From: Giardia intestinalis
Taxonomy: Eukaryota
NCBI GenBank assembly: GCA_000002435.2
Contig: CM018793.1
Length of the DNA: 64,000 bases
Strand: one strand, 5' to 3'
Shown: piece by piece, positions 1-10,558 of the stretch
How the letters are laid out: each line of letters opens with the position of its first letter
How positions within the stretch are numbered: position 1 is the stretch's first letter
Made by a program: the position numbers and the translations under genes
The notes under the pieces: generated by a model
Databases searched by the model: none
What the model was told of the DNA's origin: nothing
The model's input: the letters and a program-made list of their open reading frames with translations, nothing else

Positions 1-780
1 CAACATGATACCATAGGCTTATCAGACCAGGATTTAACCGCTACGTACCAATCTACTTCCAACGTAGGGAGTCATAGCAACTATCATTTAAATACTGCTA
101 ATGATGATAGCATTCTCTCGGTCATAAGCGAAGCAGCCGACATAGACCAACACATTCGGAACATTTCACGCTTTGGGCCAGTGTCAAACAATGAAGATTC
201 TCTTTCAATTCTCCGTCTAAGTGCAACCAGGCCTGTTATTGGCAACGAGGGCACTTCTGTACTTAAGATGCAGCTGCAGACAGAGCAAGCCAGCGACCTT
301 GAGAACTACGCGCCCCTTGGAAACGATGTGGAAACCGCTGCAGTGCTATTCAAGTATGGTTGCGGTGAAGCAGAGCTAGGTCACAAATATAACGATACTT
401 ACGATCGGCCTGTAATACACAATAGACCAGCTCATACTGCCCAGCACTCTTCTGATTCTACTTCATCTTATGATGACGGATCGTCACGCTCTTCTGGATT
501 TTCTGTGGACCTCCACACCAGCTTGGAGAGGCCAAAACCGGCAGCCACGCACTTAACAGGAAAGACCAATGTGAAGTCTCAGGGTCGTCTCACAGTCAAC
601 TTTGGACATCAGACTAGCAGTGATAGCTCTAGCTACAGCAGTGACGACGGCGAGCTGAGCAGGAAAGACAGTGATGGGAAGAAGAGATATGTTCCTGATA
701 AACAGTGGCTTCTTGAACGTGCAAGGGATGTCTTTCAAAGAAGAAGTAGCAGCGATGACTCTAGCGACTCTGATTATTGA
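1..780 (+). CDS. Ser-rich hypothetical protein, 5'-partial (reading frame open back to window position 1)
   Basis: Frame 1 has no stop from nt 1 to the TGA at 778-780. The listed ORF (181-780) is only the Met-initiated part. The product is Ser/Asp-rich and low-complexity. Confidence 0.5.
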   Translation, partial: QHDTIGLSDQDLTATYQSTSNVGSHSNYHLNTANDDSILSVISEAADIDQHIRNISRFGPVSNNEDSLSILRLSATRPVIGNEGTSVLKMQLQTEQASDLENYAPLGNDVETAAVLFKYGCGEAELGHKYNDTYDRPVIHNRPAHTAQHSSDSTSSYDDGSSRSSGFSVDLHTSLERPKPAATHLTGKTNVKSQGRLTVNFGHQTSSDSSSYSSDDGELSRKDSDGKKRYVPDKQWLLERARDVFQRRSSSDDSSDSDY

Positions 781-919
781 TTTATCCTTGGAACGATGAC
801 CTGACCGAGCTATTCAACATTGAATGGCCCCATGGTAGCATACAGTTGAAATAGTGAGAGCTACTACCGTCCAGCTATTTACTCACGATAGCCGTACTCT
901 AAATAAGTATCAAGTATCA

Positions 920-2191
920 TCAATTATTGCCCTCAGACTCCCTCTTCTGGTCGCTGAACATCCTTATTCGTCGTATGAGCTTTTCGTTTGTCTCTTTGAG
1001 CTTAGCGTTCTCTGCCTGAAGAGTACGATAGCCCTTAATGAGCTCTGTGAGAGCAGTCATGGCCACAGTCCCCACATCGGAGACATCCCCCTCCACGTCT
1101 ATTGCAGTTGCTGTCTTGGATATCGGCGCCTTCTGGTCGGAAGGAACACTAGCCAGTGCCTTTGCTTCATTGATCTGTGCCTCTGTCTTCGTGTCGTTAA
1201 AGTCCCACGACTCCAGGTTAGAGTTAGCTGGTATCGTCGCTGATATAACTACTGGCATGCGCAAGATCTGATTCCCTATGCTGACACGCTCATCATTGTT
1301 ACCGTTAACTGGTGCACCCATTAGCTTCTTGTATTCTATAAGCATATTGTCTATTGTGGTCTTTTTGCCATGCTTTGAGAAGAATTTCGTCTCTAGCAGC
1401 TTTGTCGCCGACGCCCTCTCCCTCGGGTTCTTGACCATACACATATCCACTACCTCCCTAAATTGCTTTGTAAATGTCTTATTCGCAGGAAGCTTAGGCG
1501 GATCTTTCTGATAAATGTTCACGATGACCTCCATGGGAGGCAGATTGCTGTTGGGAGGAACCCCCTGTGCCAGTTCTATGAGGCATACCCCGAACGACCA
1601 TATGTCTGCCTTGCAATCATGGCCCTGCATGGAGATGACCTCGGGGGCCATGTAGAGGGGAGACCCTACCAGTGTGTTCCGCATTTTTCGCTCCACAGAG
1701 TCGTCGCACAAAAACGCAGAAACGCCAAAGTCAGCAAGCTTGGCTGTTCCAGACGAGTTCAGTAGTATGTTAGCGGTCTTAATATCGCGATGGACCTGTC
1801 TATTCTGTTCCATGTAGCTAAGTGCTTGAAGGATATCGTACATGATGCATGAAATTACCCCCTCGTCGAAGCCGTTTGGAGCCAACTTAAGAAGCAAGTC
1901 TTGGATGTTGACCTCGAGGATTGGAGTTACCAACCAAAGGTACTGTTGGTGGACAAAGCTGCAGTAATATCCGACAATGTTCTCGTGGTTTGACTGGGCC
2001 AGCAGCTTGCACTCGGTCTGAAGGGTTTCGAGCCGAACGGTCGTCCGGTCCAGATTGATTGCTTTAAGGGCGCAGAGAGACGTCTGTTTGGTTACTGGGT
2101 CGGTGTATTGGCCTTTGAACACGGTCCCGGCCGCTCCTACGCCTATCACAGAGAGCAGCTGGTAGCAGCTTGCGACACCCTGAAATCTCAT
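920..2191 (-). CDS. STE20-family Ser/Thr protein kinase
   Basis: Gly-loop GVGAAGTV, catalytic HRDIKTANILL, DFG, and the STE20-type activation segment GSPLYMAPEV; 423 aa with a coiled-coil tail. Confidence 0.85.
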   Translation of the reverse strand: MRFQGVASCYQLLSVIGVGAAGTVFKGQYTDPVTKQTSLCALKAINLDRTTVRLETLQTECKLLAQSNHENIVGYYCSFVHQQYLWLVTPILEVNIQDLLLKLAPNGFDEGVISCIMYDILQALSYMEQNRQVHRDIKTANILLNSSGTAKLADFGVSAFLCDDSVERKMRNTLVGSPLYMAPEVISMQGHDCKADIWSFGVCLIELAQGVPPNSNLPPMEVIVNIYQKDPPKLPANKTFTKQFREVVDMCMVKNPRERASATKLLETKFFSKHGKKTTIDNMLIEYKKLMGAPVNGNNDERVSIGNQILRMPVVISATIPANSNLESWDFNDTKTEAQINEAKALASVPSDQKAPISKTATAIDVEGDVSDVGTVAMTALTELIKGYRTLQAENAKLKETNEKLIRRIRMFSDQKRESEGNN

Positions 2192-2382
2192 AGGCAGAAA
2201 ATTTAAACGATTAGGTTTTCAGGCGTTTTAAGGTTTGTGATACGTCACAGTAAATAGAATACGGAAGAGCGCCGAAAACTGAAACGTGGACAACAGAATA
2301 TGGAACTGATGACTTTAGTCTAATTTGCGCACTAAAGTGAAGTTTTAATTATAACTGGCTTACAGTAAACACATAAAATTGC
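2192..2382. promoter_or_regulatory. Divergent AT-rich intergenic/initiator region between the kinase (-) and the 929-aa ORF (+)
   Basis: AT-rich tracts (aaaatttaaac; ttttaattataa; aaaattgcATG) lie immediately upstream of both start codons, as is typical of Giardia initiator regions. Confidence 0.35.
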
Positions 2383-5172
2383 ATGTGTCTGGAGCTAGTG
2401 TCTGAGGAGGAGCTGGTACACGCGCTTGAATTCTGCGGGATCACGCCGGCGAAGAATCCCACGGACCTATCACGTGACAGCGTCGCGCGGCTAGTTAGCA
2501 TTATGAAGACTCCTATTCTTCGCGACACACCAGAGCTGGTGTTTTCCTCGGTTCAGGACCTGCTTGGGATTGCTGGGCTTAGTCATAAGGAGCGCGTACT
2601 GGACACTGCATGTAGCGATCAGGACTCAATCCGCTTTGTTCTCGCTGCCAACTTCTCCGCGGTTGCGCTTTACGCATTTGCGCAGGATACCAAGAAGCAC
2701 GCACACTTTAAGTCTGAAAACGTGATTAACGCACTGGTCTATCTGATAACTAACGGGCAACCATTCGGACAGTTTTATGCTATTCAGACCCTGGTGACTC
2801 TTCTGCGGTCCCCCAGCGCAAGCGACAGAACATACTTCACGCAGATGTGTATGGATTCAGCTCTGCTATCAGCATTAGTAGACTGTACACACAGCCTTGA
2901 CTATGACTGGCAGCTGGATGCCTCTGCAGTTCTCATTGAAGTTCTCTTCAACAATGTAAGTGGCGGCGTCTGTCTCTTTGAAACAACAGATCCCACTGGA
3001 CGAGTCCTCCCTGTGCGCCCACACCCAACGGTGCAGCTGGTCAACGAAGCCCACCAGCGCAAACAGAAGCCTCAGGTGGAGCTCGATCAAGAGGACTCTC
3101 CAGTGCTGCACTTCAACCACAAGACTGCACTCGCCATCCTCATCTACCTTGTGAGAAAACTTCACAACAGTCTCTGGTGCAGCCAGCCCTTTGTTCCAGA
3201 CAATCTGAGCGGTGTCTCTGGCGCCCATGAAGAAAGCTTTGTGCAAGTTACGCGGGCGATCATTGCTGTCCTCCGCTTCCCAAGTATCAGAGAGTGTATG
3301 GACGAGGCTCGCGTGTTGTGCACAATAGCTTCAATCTTTGCAGCGCAAGACAGTGCAACCATCGCGCCTTCGCACGAGTGTTTGTATCTACTGCTGGAGG
3401 TAGTTATTCTGTGCATGACCCCGTTGTCTTCAGACATTATGTCTGTGCGCAACCAAGTGTTTTTAGAAAACGCGGACCTCGGCGCGCTCTTGAGGTTGGA
3501 CTTCTTTTGCATTTTGGCTCGCCTGCTGCTTAACACTGAGCTGCTGTCTCCTGAGATGACGAAGCGCCTATTAATTTGCTTTGCACTAATATCCCGTAAC
3601 TCGACATATAGGATGAATTGTTTAAACTCCCTCACCTCTACTTCGGATGCGGAAGGAGTATCTATCTTTGCGATCCTTTCCCGCCTCTTGGATGACCCTG
3701 TCTATGGCGCTGACGTCACCATAGTCCATCTTCTTCTAACCATACTCTCAGGGTTTTGTACTAATAGGCAGTTTAGGCAAGCGTTCTATTCTAACACAGC
3801 GCTGATAGGACAGGTCGTTAAAGCACTTCGGCAGACCTTGTCTTCAGCAATCGATCTCCTCCCTGTTATCACAGAACCGTCAGCCGCTGAGAAAGAGCGT
3901 GTTCTTTCTTCGCAGTACGTTATGTCCGTGCTAACTGCAGCTATGAACGAAAGCTCGGCAGATGATGATGCCAAGGACGAGAGTAGCAGCCTGATGACGA
4001 GCCTGCGGGCGAGCAGCATGACCGGAAGTCTTGGTGAGAGTCTTCGAGAGAGCTTACTCGGAGCCAGCGAGCTTAAAAGTACCGATGTGCATTTCACAAA
4101 CAATGTCCACATGAAACACTCTCATATCTTCGACACCAAGAGTTCTCGTCGAGCAGCAATTGACTTGGGAAAGAGCATCCACTTTCATGCAGACGGAGAC
4201 TTCAGGGCAAACACTGCTGTGACGCTCAACCTTGCCCCTGTGTCTTCTCACATGAAGGTCTTTTTCGCCGCCTCCGAGCTTATCTCAACTATCTGCGTAG
4301 ATTACGGGATCTTAATAGACTTCACTCAGGTTAACTTCTACAATCCACGGTCGTCCTCAAACAGTGCTCTTGGAGAGTATGCGAAGGTGCTTCTCAATTC
4401 ATTCTTCCCGTACTTCATTGAGCTCTCTGAGTTTCTGCGCAGCCTCGTCACGTTTAGCCCAGCCTTTATATTAGAGCCTATTATGGAGGTTGTACTGGGC
4501 GCGCTCTACGAGATTAGCCAGCTGGATCTTGCCCTCGTTCCCTTTCTTTCTGGTCAGACGGACATTGTGCTTCTGAGAAATAAGTTCCGTCTTTGCACAC
4601 GTAGAAGGATGCCTGTGCTGACACCACTGGAGGTGCGTGCCCTCCGGTGCCTTATTCTTTTTGTAAGGAACTCCCGCATAGTCTCACTTTCTTTGTTTAC
4701 ATGTGCGCTTCTTCGCAAGGCAGATTGTTGCAGCGACACCCTAAGCACTGAAGAAACTACCTTTAATGTATTCTTCGCTGTAAAGCATGCACAGGCATAC
4801 ATGGATCGTCTAAAGTATATTCACTTTGGAGATTCAGCTCACAGTCAAGTGGGGCCTGGACAGGACTGGACGGTTCTCAGAAAGGCCGCAACAGGCCCTA
4901 TCTGCGACATTGCTACAGAGGCAAGTACACTTCTCGCCCTGATGACTGCTGAAACGCCTGATGCTGTCTCTGCTGAAGCGGCAGCTGCTACCCTCAACCT
5001 ATGGAACTGCCTGTTTGTAACTAATCCCAATGAGATGGAGTTTGTCTTCAATAGCATCGCGTACATGTTGAAGGAGTGGCCAAAAGACAGGCGAGGCAGT
5101 CTGCGCAGACAGCTAGGGTGTCACAGTCTGGAGAAGCTTGTAGACGATATTTGGGGAAGGCGTACATCATAG
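2383..5172 (+). CDS. Hypothetical protein, 929 aa (helical, possibly HEAT/ARM-like)
   Basis: A long uninterrupted ORF with an AT-rich initiator; no diagnostic motif recognised. Confidence 0.7.
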   Translation: MCLELVSEEELVHALEFCGITPAKNPTDLSRDSVARLVSIMKTPILRDTPELVFSSVQDLLGIAGLSHKERVLDTACSDQDSIRFVLAANFSAVALYAFAQDTKKHAHFKSENVINALVYLITNGQPFGQFYAIQTLVTLLRSPSASDRTYFTQMCMDSALLSALVDCTHSLDYDWQLDASAVLIEVLFNNVSGGVCLFETTDPTGRVLPVRPHPTVQLVNEAHQRKQKPQVELDQEDSPVLHFNHKTALAILIYLVRKLHNSLWCSQPFVPDNLSGVSGAHEESFVQVTRAIIAVLRFPSIRECMDEARVLCTIASIFAAQDSATIAPSHECLYLLLEVVILCMTPLSSDIMSVRNQVFLENADLGALLRLDFFCILARLLLNTELLSPEMTKRLLICFALISRNSTYRMNCLNSLTSTSDAEGVSIFAILSRLLDDPVYGADVTIVHLLLTILSGFCTNRQFRQAFYSNTALIGQVVKALRQTLSSAIDLLPVITEPSAAEKERVLSSQYVMSVLTAAMNESSADDDAKDESSSLMTSLRASSMTGSLGESLRESLLGASELKSTDVHFTNNVHMKHSHIFDTKSSRRAAIDLGKSIHFHADGDFRANTAVTLNLAPVSSHMKVFFAASELISTICVDYGILIDFTQVNFYNPRSSSNSALGEYAKVLLNSFFPYFIELSEFLRSLVTFSPAFILEPIMEVVLGALYEISQLDLALVPFLSGQTDIVLLRNKFRLCTRRRMPVLTPLEVRALRCLILFVRNSRIVSLSLFTCALLRKADCCSDTLSTEETTFNVFFAVKHAQAYMDRLKYIHFGDSAHSQVGPGQDWTVLRKAATGPICDIATEASTLLALMTAETPDAVSAEAAAATLNLWNCLFVTNPNEMEFVFNSIAYMLKEWPKDRRGSLRRQLGCHSLEKLVDDIWGRRTS

Positions 5173-5325
5173 AACACGCAACCGCAAGGGTGAGATTGTA
5201 AGAATGTAAATAATTGTTTACTATACACACCTCTCGAGCACGGGTAATCCCGTACACCAGCGCTTGGCGTCACCAAGTTTGAGTTGAGCAAACTGTCGGC
5301 AGGTCGATTGATATATCAGCCTGAG

Positions 5326-6108
5326 TTAGTGAAACCCATATATCACATGATCGTTTGCCGGGGTTAGAAAGTCTACATTATCCTTCAGTAAGTGGAAGGT
5401 CCTCAGAGTTACTAGCGCATCGCTACCAGCCTGGTGTTGAAACCCCTGCCATCGAACCCCATAGGACCCAGCCAGACTCTCCAATGATCCTGACCATGAG
5501 CCACAGTGCTTAAGATCGTATAGCTTGCCCGGGAAAAGTATGCGCAACAACTCATCAAAGTCCTTCTTGGAGTAGGGAAGATCGTTGCATGTGACGGCTT
5601 TGGTCAAATACCCAAAGTCAGAAGAGCCGTGGAAGCACACATATGTTAGGCTACGATTATAAATCAGACCGCTTATCTGAATTTCATACGAAAAAGCAAC
5701 GGGGTGGATCCCGTCTCTACTAAGGCGGGGAAAGTCTATGCCATGCTCACGAAGGAGATTCATGGAGTTGGAGGTTGAAAGCGGTGTTGTTTCGTCAAAT
5801 AACATATTGAACTGCCACGTTGAGTGGGGCTTTGGGGTTTCGCCAGCACTGTTGGAGAGGGAAATGCCCAACTGTATAAGCTGGAGAGAGTCTACGTTTA
5901 TCTTATATGCAGCATACGCAGAGGCATGCTTTGAAAGAATCTGACGCTGAGTAAGAAGGGAGAGCTGCACAGTGTTCTCAAAGTACCCGGGAAACTCCGT
6001 GTCAATGGCTACTATGGGGTAGTCTGCAAGCAAAGAAGATATCTCCTGCATTGCCTGAGTGAGATCACTGGCGTAGACATCAAATATCTCACTAGTGTCT
6101 CCGCTCAT
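5326..6108 (-). CDS. CAF1: CCR4-NOT complex CAF1/POP2 deadenylase (DEDD 3'-5' exoribonuclease)
   Basis: Hallmark CAF1 motif VAIDTEFPG near the N-terminus, a C-terminal HQAGSDALVT (DEDDh His/Asp) motif, and a length of 260 aa. Confidence 0.85.
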   Translation of the reverse strand: MSGDTSEIFDVYASDLTQAMQEISSLLADYPIVAIDTEFPGYFENTVQLSLLTQRQILSKHASAYAAYKINVDSLQLIQLGISLSNSAGETPKPHSTWQFNMLFDETTPLSTSNSMNLLREHGIDFPRLSRDGIHPVAFSYEIQISGLIYNRSLTYVCFHGSSDFGYLTKAVTCNDLPYSKKDFDELLRILFPGKLYDLKHCGSWSGSLESLAGSYGVRWQGFQHQAGSDALVTLRTFHLLKDNVDFLTPANDHVIYGFH

Positions 6109-6147
6109 TTTTTACAAAGAGTACACCACACCCCTGTTGGCAGCAAT

Positions 6148-7524
6148 CTACTCCCCCTCTAATTGCAGTCTGTCAGCGTGATAAGTGGTCTTGAAGCAGA
6201 GAGGGCAGGAATCCTCAATGGTGGAAAAGCAGACGGAACATGCACACACATGTCTGCATGGATAGAACACATACGACGATAAGCGCACGTTACAGATGCA
6301 GCATAAGACAGAGGGGTCCATAGGTACACGATCAAAGATAGACTCGAGATTCCGCACAGTACACCTTCCTGTCTTTTGGATCGAGGTCTCGCGCTTAGCT
6401 CGAAATTTGTGGCTAGTGCGCTCTTTTTCTTCATGTTCTCCGAAAAGTTCGTCGTCTCCCATCAACGCAGCAAACAAAATGTCTACAAGTGTGTACAATA
6501 TTCTCTGGAACTCACGGGACTTGTGTAATAGGTGCTCTCGCACTTCGCGTATCACATCCTCTACAGAGACAATGGAGGCTATGTGCACATCATCGCACTT
6601 TTTTGAAACCATCATCAATCTGAGATATATCTGTAAAATGGAATTTCTAAATAAATAGAGGCCCCCAGAGTATCCATAGACGTCCACAATGCCGCGTTCA
6701 TGGATGAGAAGGCGTATGCACGGAGAGGAGGCCGCAAAGATGGCATAATGGAGGGCCGTCCTGCCTGTGTTGTCCTGCATGCCTAGAAATAAGTTGACAT
6801 TAGTATTATGCCCTTCTATGCAAGTCTCACCTATATCCAGCGTAGATGCGTAGCCGGTTAGCAATGCCTCCACACAGTCTGCGTTGCCTCGCTGCGCAGC
6901 GTGCATCAGAGCGTTCATGCCATCACAGTCACGGGCAAGCGGACAGAAAAACCGAAGCCCTCTCACGCAGTCTTTGTGACCTGCTCGGGCAGCATACATG
7001 AGCGCTGTTCTCCCGTGTAGGTCACAGTATGTGGCATAGAGCACCCCGTCCGCTTTAAGGTACTCTCGGAGTAGAGTTGGCATACCGTATTCCGCTAGCC
7101 ACATGCAAAGCGTTTTGGCATCGTCAGTAACAATGTCATATGGATGTGTACCACTGGACACGAGCGCATGCCAGAGCTTTACAGCTAGTTTTTCACAGCC
7201 ATGCCTGATGGCGTAGATAATCGAAGGATAGCCATGCGAATCAGCGAGTAGCCCTTCCGTGGGTACGAGTGCTTCTGCTATACCGAAGTGCCGCTTCTCC
7301 AATGCGTAGAGGAGCGCAAACTTTCCCTCACCAGATCTAATACCAGCCTCGTTGAGCAGTATGGGGTCAAGTATTTCTTCATACAGTAGTGCATTATACA
7401 TCAGCGCAGTAAAGCCGTACTCATCCCTCTGGCCCACTTCGTCCTCAGTCAAATCCTGTAACAGTCCTAGACATCCGCCTCGCACAGCCTGTACCAAAAA
7501 AGTGGATCCTTTGGCTGGTGGCAT
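6148..7524 (-). CDS. Ankyrin-repeat protein with C-terminal C3HC4 RING finger (putative E3 ligase; Protein 21.1-like)
   Basis: Several ankyrin units (GFTALMYNA, GRTALMYAARAGHKDCV, DGMNALMHAAQRGNADCVEALL, TGRTALHYA), then CCICNVRLSSYVFYPCRHVCACSVCF...CPLCF, a C3HC4 RING signature. Confidence 0.8.
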   Translation of the reverse strand: MPPAKGSTFLVQAVRGGCLGLLQDLTEDEVGQRDEYGFTALMYNALLYEEILDPILLNEAGIRSGEGKFALLYALEKRHFGIAEALVPTEGLLADSHGYPSIIYAIRHGCEKLAVKLWHALVSSGTHPYDIVTDDAKTLCMWLAEYGMPTLLREYLKADGVLYATYCDLHGRTALMYAARAGHKDCVRGLRFFCPLARDCDGMNALMHAAQRGNADCVEALLTGYASTLDIGETCIEGHNTNVNLFLGMQDNTGRTALHYAIFAASSPCIRLLIHERGIVDVYGYSGGLYLFRNSILQIYLRLMMVSKKCDDVHIASIVSVEDVIREVREHLLHKSREFQRILYTLVDILFAALMGDDELFGEHEEKERTSHKFRAKRETSIQKTGRCTVRNLESIFDRVPMDPSVLCCICNVRLSSYVFYPCRHVCACSVCFSTIEDSCPLCFKTTYHADRLQLEGE

Positions 7525-8177
7525 AAAGGTGTCGAAAGCTGTGGGTGGTCACGTCTACTCTGAGTAAGAGGGCGTATGCCTTACAAAAGTAAAAAAAGAA
7601 AAGCCTCTGGACCTTAAGATCTGACCTAGGAGTAGACAATGCTGAATTGTAACAGAGTGCTCGGGACTTCTGTTGCATAGCACAGTGACGTGGGCAAGGA
7701 TAAAGATGACCGAGGAACCCGTATAGGCTTATAAAATATCACCTCTACTTCAAAAAGATATACAGGCAATAATCGCAAAAACGGCCACACTACGACCGAT
7801 TGATAAACTATTAATTAAAAAGCAATCGAGCTTACAGGAACTGTAAGCCTTGTATATTGTGCCTTTTGGGCCAGAGAGCACGCTCATGGGAGATGAACTG
7901 TCGGGACCAGCATCTCACTGTCTATATAGCCCTACTTTGGCTACCTTGCTCCTTAACTCCTCTATGCGTGTATGCAGCACTAGTCTTTCTTTGAAGTAGA
8001 TAGAGTTGCCAAAATATAACTCCAATCACGTATGCTTCAGGACGCCATTATAAGCCTTAATGTATTTTCTGGAAAATAATTGATCAGTTGGTTCATGATT
8101 ACGTAGATCTTGGGGGCAACTAGAATGTCCAGATCACATGCTTCAATTAGTGGAGAGAACAGGGCATCGCTTGGTCA

Positions 8178-8825
8178 TTGAAATGGAAATTTATACTGAC
8201 TAAAACTATGTGTTACATCAGATGGGGCTCATTCAGCTGCTGGTACAATGGTCAGGAGTGGCTCATCCACTACCACATTAAGTTCCCAAAATTAAAATCA
8301 ATGACACTTAGAGATAAGCTGAGGAGGGGAACTAGATGGCTTACCAGAAGGATGCGTCTTGTACGCTGCATAGTGCTGCTCTTACTACTTATTGCTGCGG
8401 TTGACAAAAGCCTGGCACTCAAGAACGCCAGCCAGGAGGCCTATAGAATCACCTCTCTTCCAACTCACGAAAGCAGCTTTGTCGTCTTTAAGCCCAGTCT
8501 TACTCGTCAATACAAGCAAAAGGGCCTACTGAAAGCGTGGAATTTTGGTGGGCGACAGGTAGAGGTCATGGCGTCGCGTTCTGAGCCCAGCGTTTACGCA
8601 AACTGGCCCACTGCAAGCTCCTTTGCAGACTGGGTTTCCAGTGCAGAGCACGAGAGCCTAAAGATAGTGTGTGACCCGTCCTGCGACGTTCCAAGCCAAT
8701 ATTATCTCCTTAGCCCGTATCAGAGTAATATTGGTAATTTAGCTATGAGCATTAGACGTGCTGATAGGATGTCCCAACTCCTTGCGATTTTCCTTGTGAT
8801 TGATATGCTGGGATGGCTTCTGTAG
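8178..8825 (+). CDS. Hypothetical protein (215 aa) with an internal hydrophobic segment; weak call
   Basis: Only an ORF following a roughly 600-bp AT-rich non-coding stretch, with a hydrophobic stretch LVRCIVLLLLLIAAV. No homology recognised. Confidence 0.3.
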   Translation: MKWKFILTKTMCYIRWGSFSCWYNGQEWLIHYHIKFPKLKSMTLRDKLRRGTRWLTRRMRLVRCIVLLLLLIAAVDKSLALKNASQEAYRITSLPTHESSFVVFKPSLTRQYKQKGLLKAWNFGGRQVEVMASRSEPSVYANWPTASSFADWVSSAEHESLKIVCDPSCDVPSQYYLLSPYQSNIGNLAMSIRRADRMSQLLAIFLVIDMLGWLL

Positions 8826-8934
8826 TTTGGTTTGCGGCCACCCACCCAGCACATGAAAAGACTAAGCGACGGATCAAAAGTAAAGGAGCTTGTGTGCAAA
8901 TTCACAGTTACGCATTTGTCAGTTGGGCACCATA

Positions 8935-9831
8935 CTAGTCGAGGTTGTCGGGGTCGTCATCGTCGCCTTCGGCCTCCTGGTTAACCTCCTGGCTTAGCGC
9001 GGCACTGTCTCCTCTCTGAGCATTTAGGGCATCGAGTTCCTCCTTTGGAAGAACAGACGATGCGAAGCCAGTGATGAGGTGCTGCATGGCAACCACAATG
9101 GCCATGGGGTCTCCAGGGTTGAAACTGTGCTCGGGTATTCCCGGTAGGGTCATTGCGCAGATGTTGTAGAACTTAAAGAACACATCATTAATCACACCCC
9201 AAATCGTCTGCCACTCTTTGATAACGCCCTCCTGCGATTTGATGATTTTCTCCATCTCTGCCTTGAGTGCAGGGTCATTGTCAGACCCGCTGGAAGAAGC
9301 AGCTCCAGTCTTGGTAAGAGTGTCGATCATGCTTGCTTGTTTTGCAAGTTCGTGGCTAAGCTTTTGAAGCGCAGAGGCCTTTTCATCCAGTTGAACTGAT
9401 CGCTTTGCCAACTCTGCCTCAGCCTCTTTTAAGCGATCTTCACGAAGCTTAAGTTGCGCCAGTGCATGTTCTGAAGAAGGATCCGCAGTGTCCTTGTGCG
9501 CTGGTAACTTAGATTCAATGCTTTCCAGACGGTCGAGGATATTGGAGACTATTGTTTGATCTAAAGTTTGCGACTGCATCGTGCGGGGACCAAAGTGTCT
9601 GGCTTGGTGGCTGCGCTGGCCACGTGCAGACCCAACCCTTATGATAGCATTTGATGGCGGCACTTGGTTTCCTGCGATATAATGGCCAACAGAAGGCGCT
9701 GAATATCCGACCATTTGCTCATCATATTCTCCATCGTCCTCCACGTATGGCGGAGGATACATAGAGCGCAGATGATGCGGGCTATAGTACGGATAAGGGG
9801 GAGGATAGTATGGGTACATTTTTAAAAGCAA
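8935..9831 (-). CDS. Pro/Tyr-rich (2x PPPY) coiled-coil protein with acidic C-terminus, hypothetical
   Basis: N-terminus MYPYYPPPYPYYSP...MYPPPYVEDDGEY, a central coiled coil (LKLREDRLKEAEAELAKRSVQLDEKASALQKL), a C-terminus EAEGDDDDPDNLD, and an AT-rich initiator upstream. Confidence 0.6.
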   Translation of the reverse strand: MLLKMYPYYPPPYPYYSPHHLRSMYPPPYVEDDGEYDEQMVGYSAPSVGHYIAGNQVPPSNAIIRVGSARGQRSHQARHFGPRTMQSQTLDQTIVSNILDRLESIESKLPAHKDTADPSSEHALAQLKLREDRLKEAEAELAKRSVQLDEKASALQKLSHELAKQASMIDTLTKTGAASSSGSDNDPALKAEMEKIIKSQEGVIKEWQTIWGVINDVFFKFYNICAMTLPGIPEHSFNPGDPMAIVVAMQHLITGFASSVLPKEELDALNAQRGDSAALSQEVNQEAEGDDDDPDNLD

Positions 9832-9957
9832 ATGATTTTTCTCACCTTACCGACAAACAAGATTTACACCTGAGCTGTACAAAAAGATGCATCGTCGTCA
9901 GAGATCATTAGACATAACTAAACAAATTATAGCGGCGTAAATGAATCCACGTACGAT

Positions 9958-10558
9958 TTACTGAACGCGATTGAGAAGCCATCGCAATTGAACAACGCTA
10001 GGCAGCGTTTTCGATCTGCAAACATACATACCCTCCCTTAGCGGTGCGCAAACAGGGGCGCCCGCGCATGCCCTGGACCGGGGCGGGGCGCAAAGGCAGG
10101 CCGCGCGAAGTCTGGCCCTGGCCGACCCGGAGCCGACGTCGTGACCCGCGCATGACGGGGCTTCTTGTGCCCACACCGCTCCTCTGGTGCGAGCTTTGCC
10201 CTTCTGTGAATGGGGGCGGGCTGGCCCGTTGCAGGCTACTTCTCTCATCGACCCCCGTGAGCCCGCCCATCTCCAAATCTCGTGGGCGCGCGTCAGTATT
10301 GTGCGTCCATTGTCTTATCCTGGTAAGGATTCTCCCATCTGCAGGTCCTCGCAGTCACTAGTGGCACGCCATTTTCGCGGTCTAGACCAACCTGACCCTT
10401 CGGAGCCAAGTGCGCTCTTGATTCGGGGACTCTTTAGTTGCCTGGGTCGACGAACAAGGGCGACGTCAAGAGAGTCACAGCGCAGCATCTACTCAGCCCC
10501 AATAATGAAACTTTGGAACACGGCTATCTCTGCTCCTGGGCCGGATGCACTGTTCTAA
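9958..10558. other. GC-rich non-coding island (not T-depleted), adjacent to the 5' end of the ankyrin pseudogene
   Basis: A strongly GC-rich run (cggggcggggcgcaaaggcaggccgcgcg...) with short overlapping ORFs in every frame and no coherent coding frame. Confidence 0.4.

Noticed and set aside
854-1765. Several 77-129-aa plus-strand ORFs overlapping the STE20 kinase
   Set aside because: Antisense to a well-supported kinase gene, with no motifs.
9958-10558. Possibility that this GC-rich block (and the other GC-rich islands) are rDNA fragments, which in Giardia are extremely GC-rich and subtelomeric
   Set aside because: No recognisable SSU/LSU landmarks (for example the SSU 5' end …atccggtcgatcctgcc…) and no TAGGG telomere repeats nearby. 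This cannot be fully excluded without a search. The block also lacks the T-depletion of the other islands, so it is kept separate.
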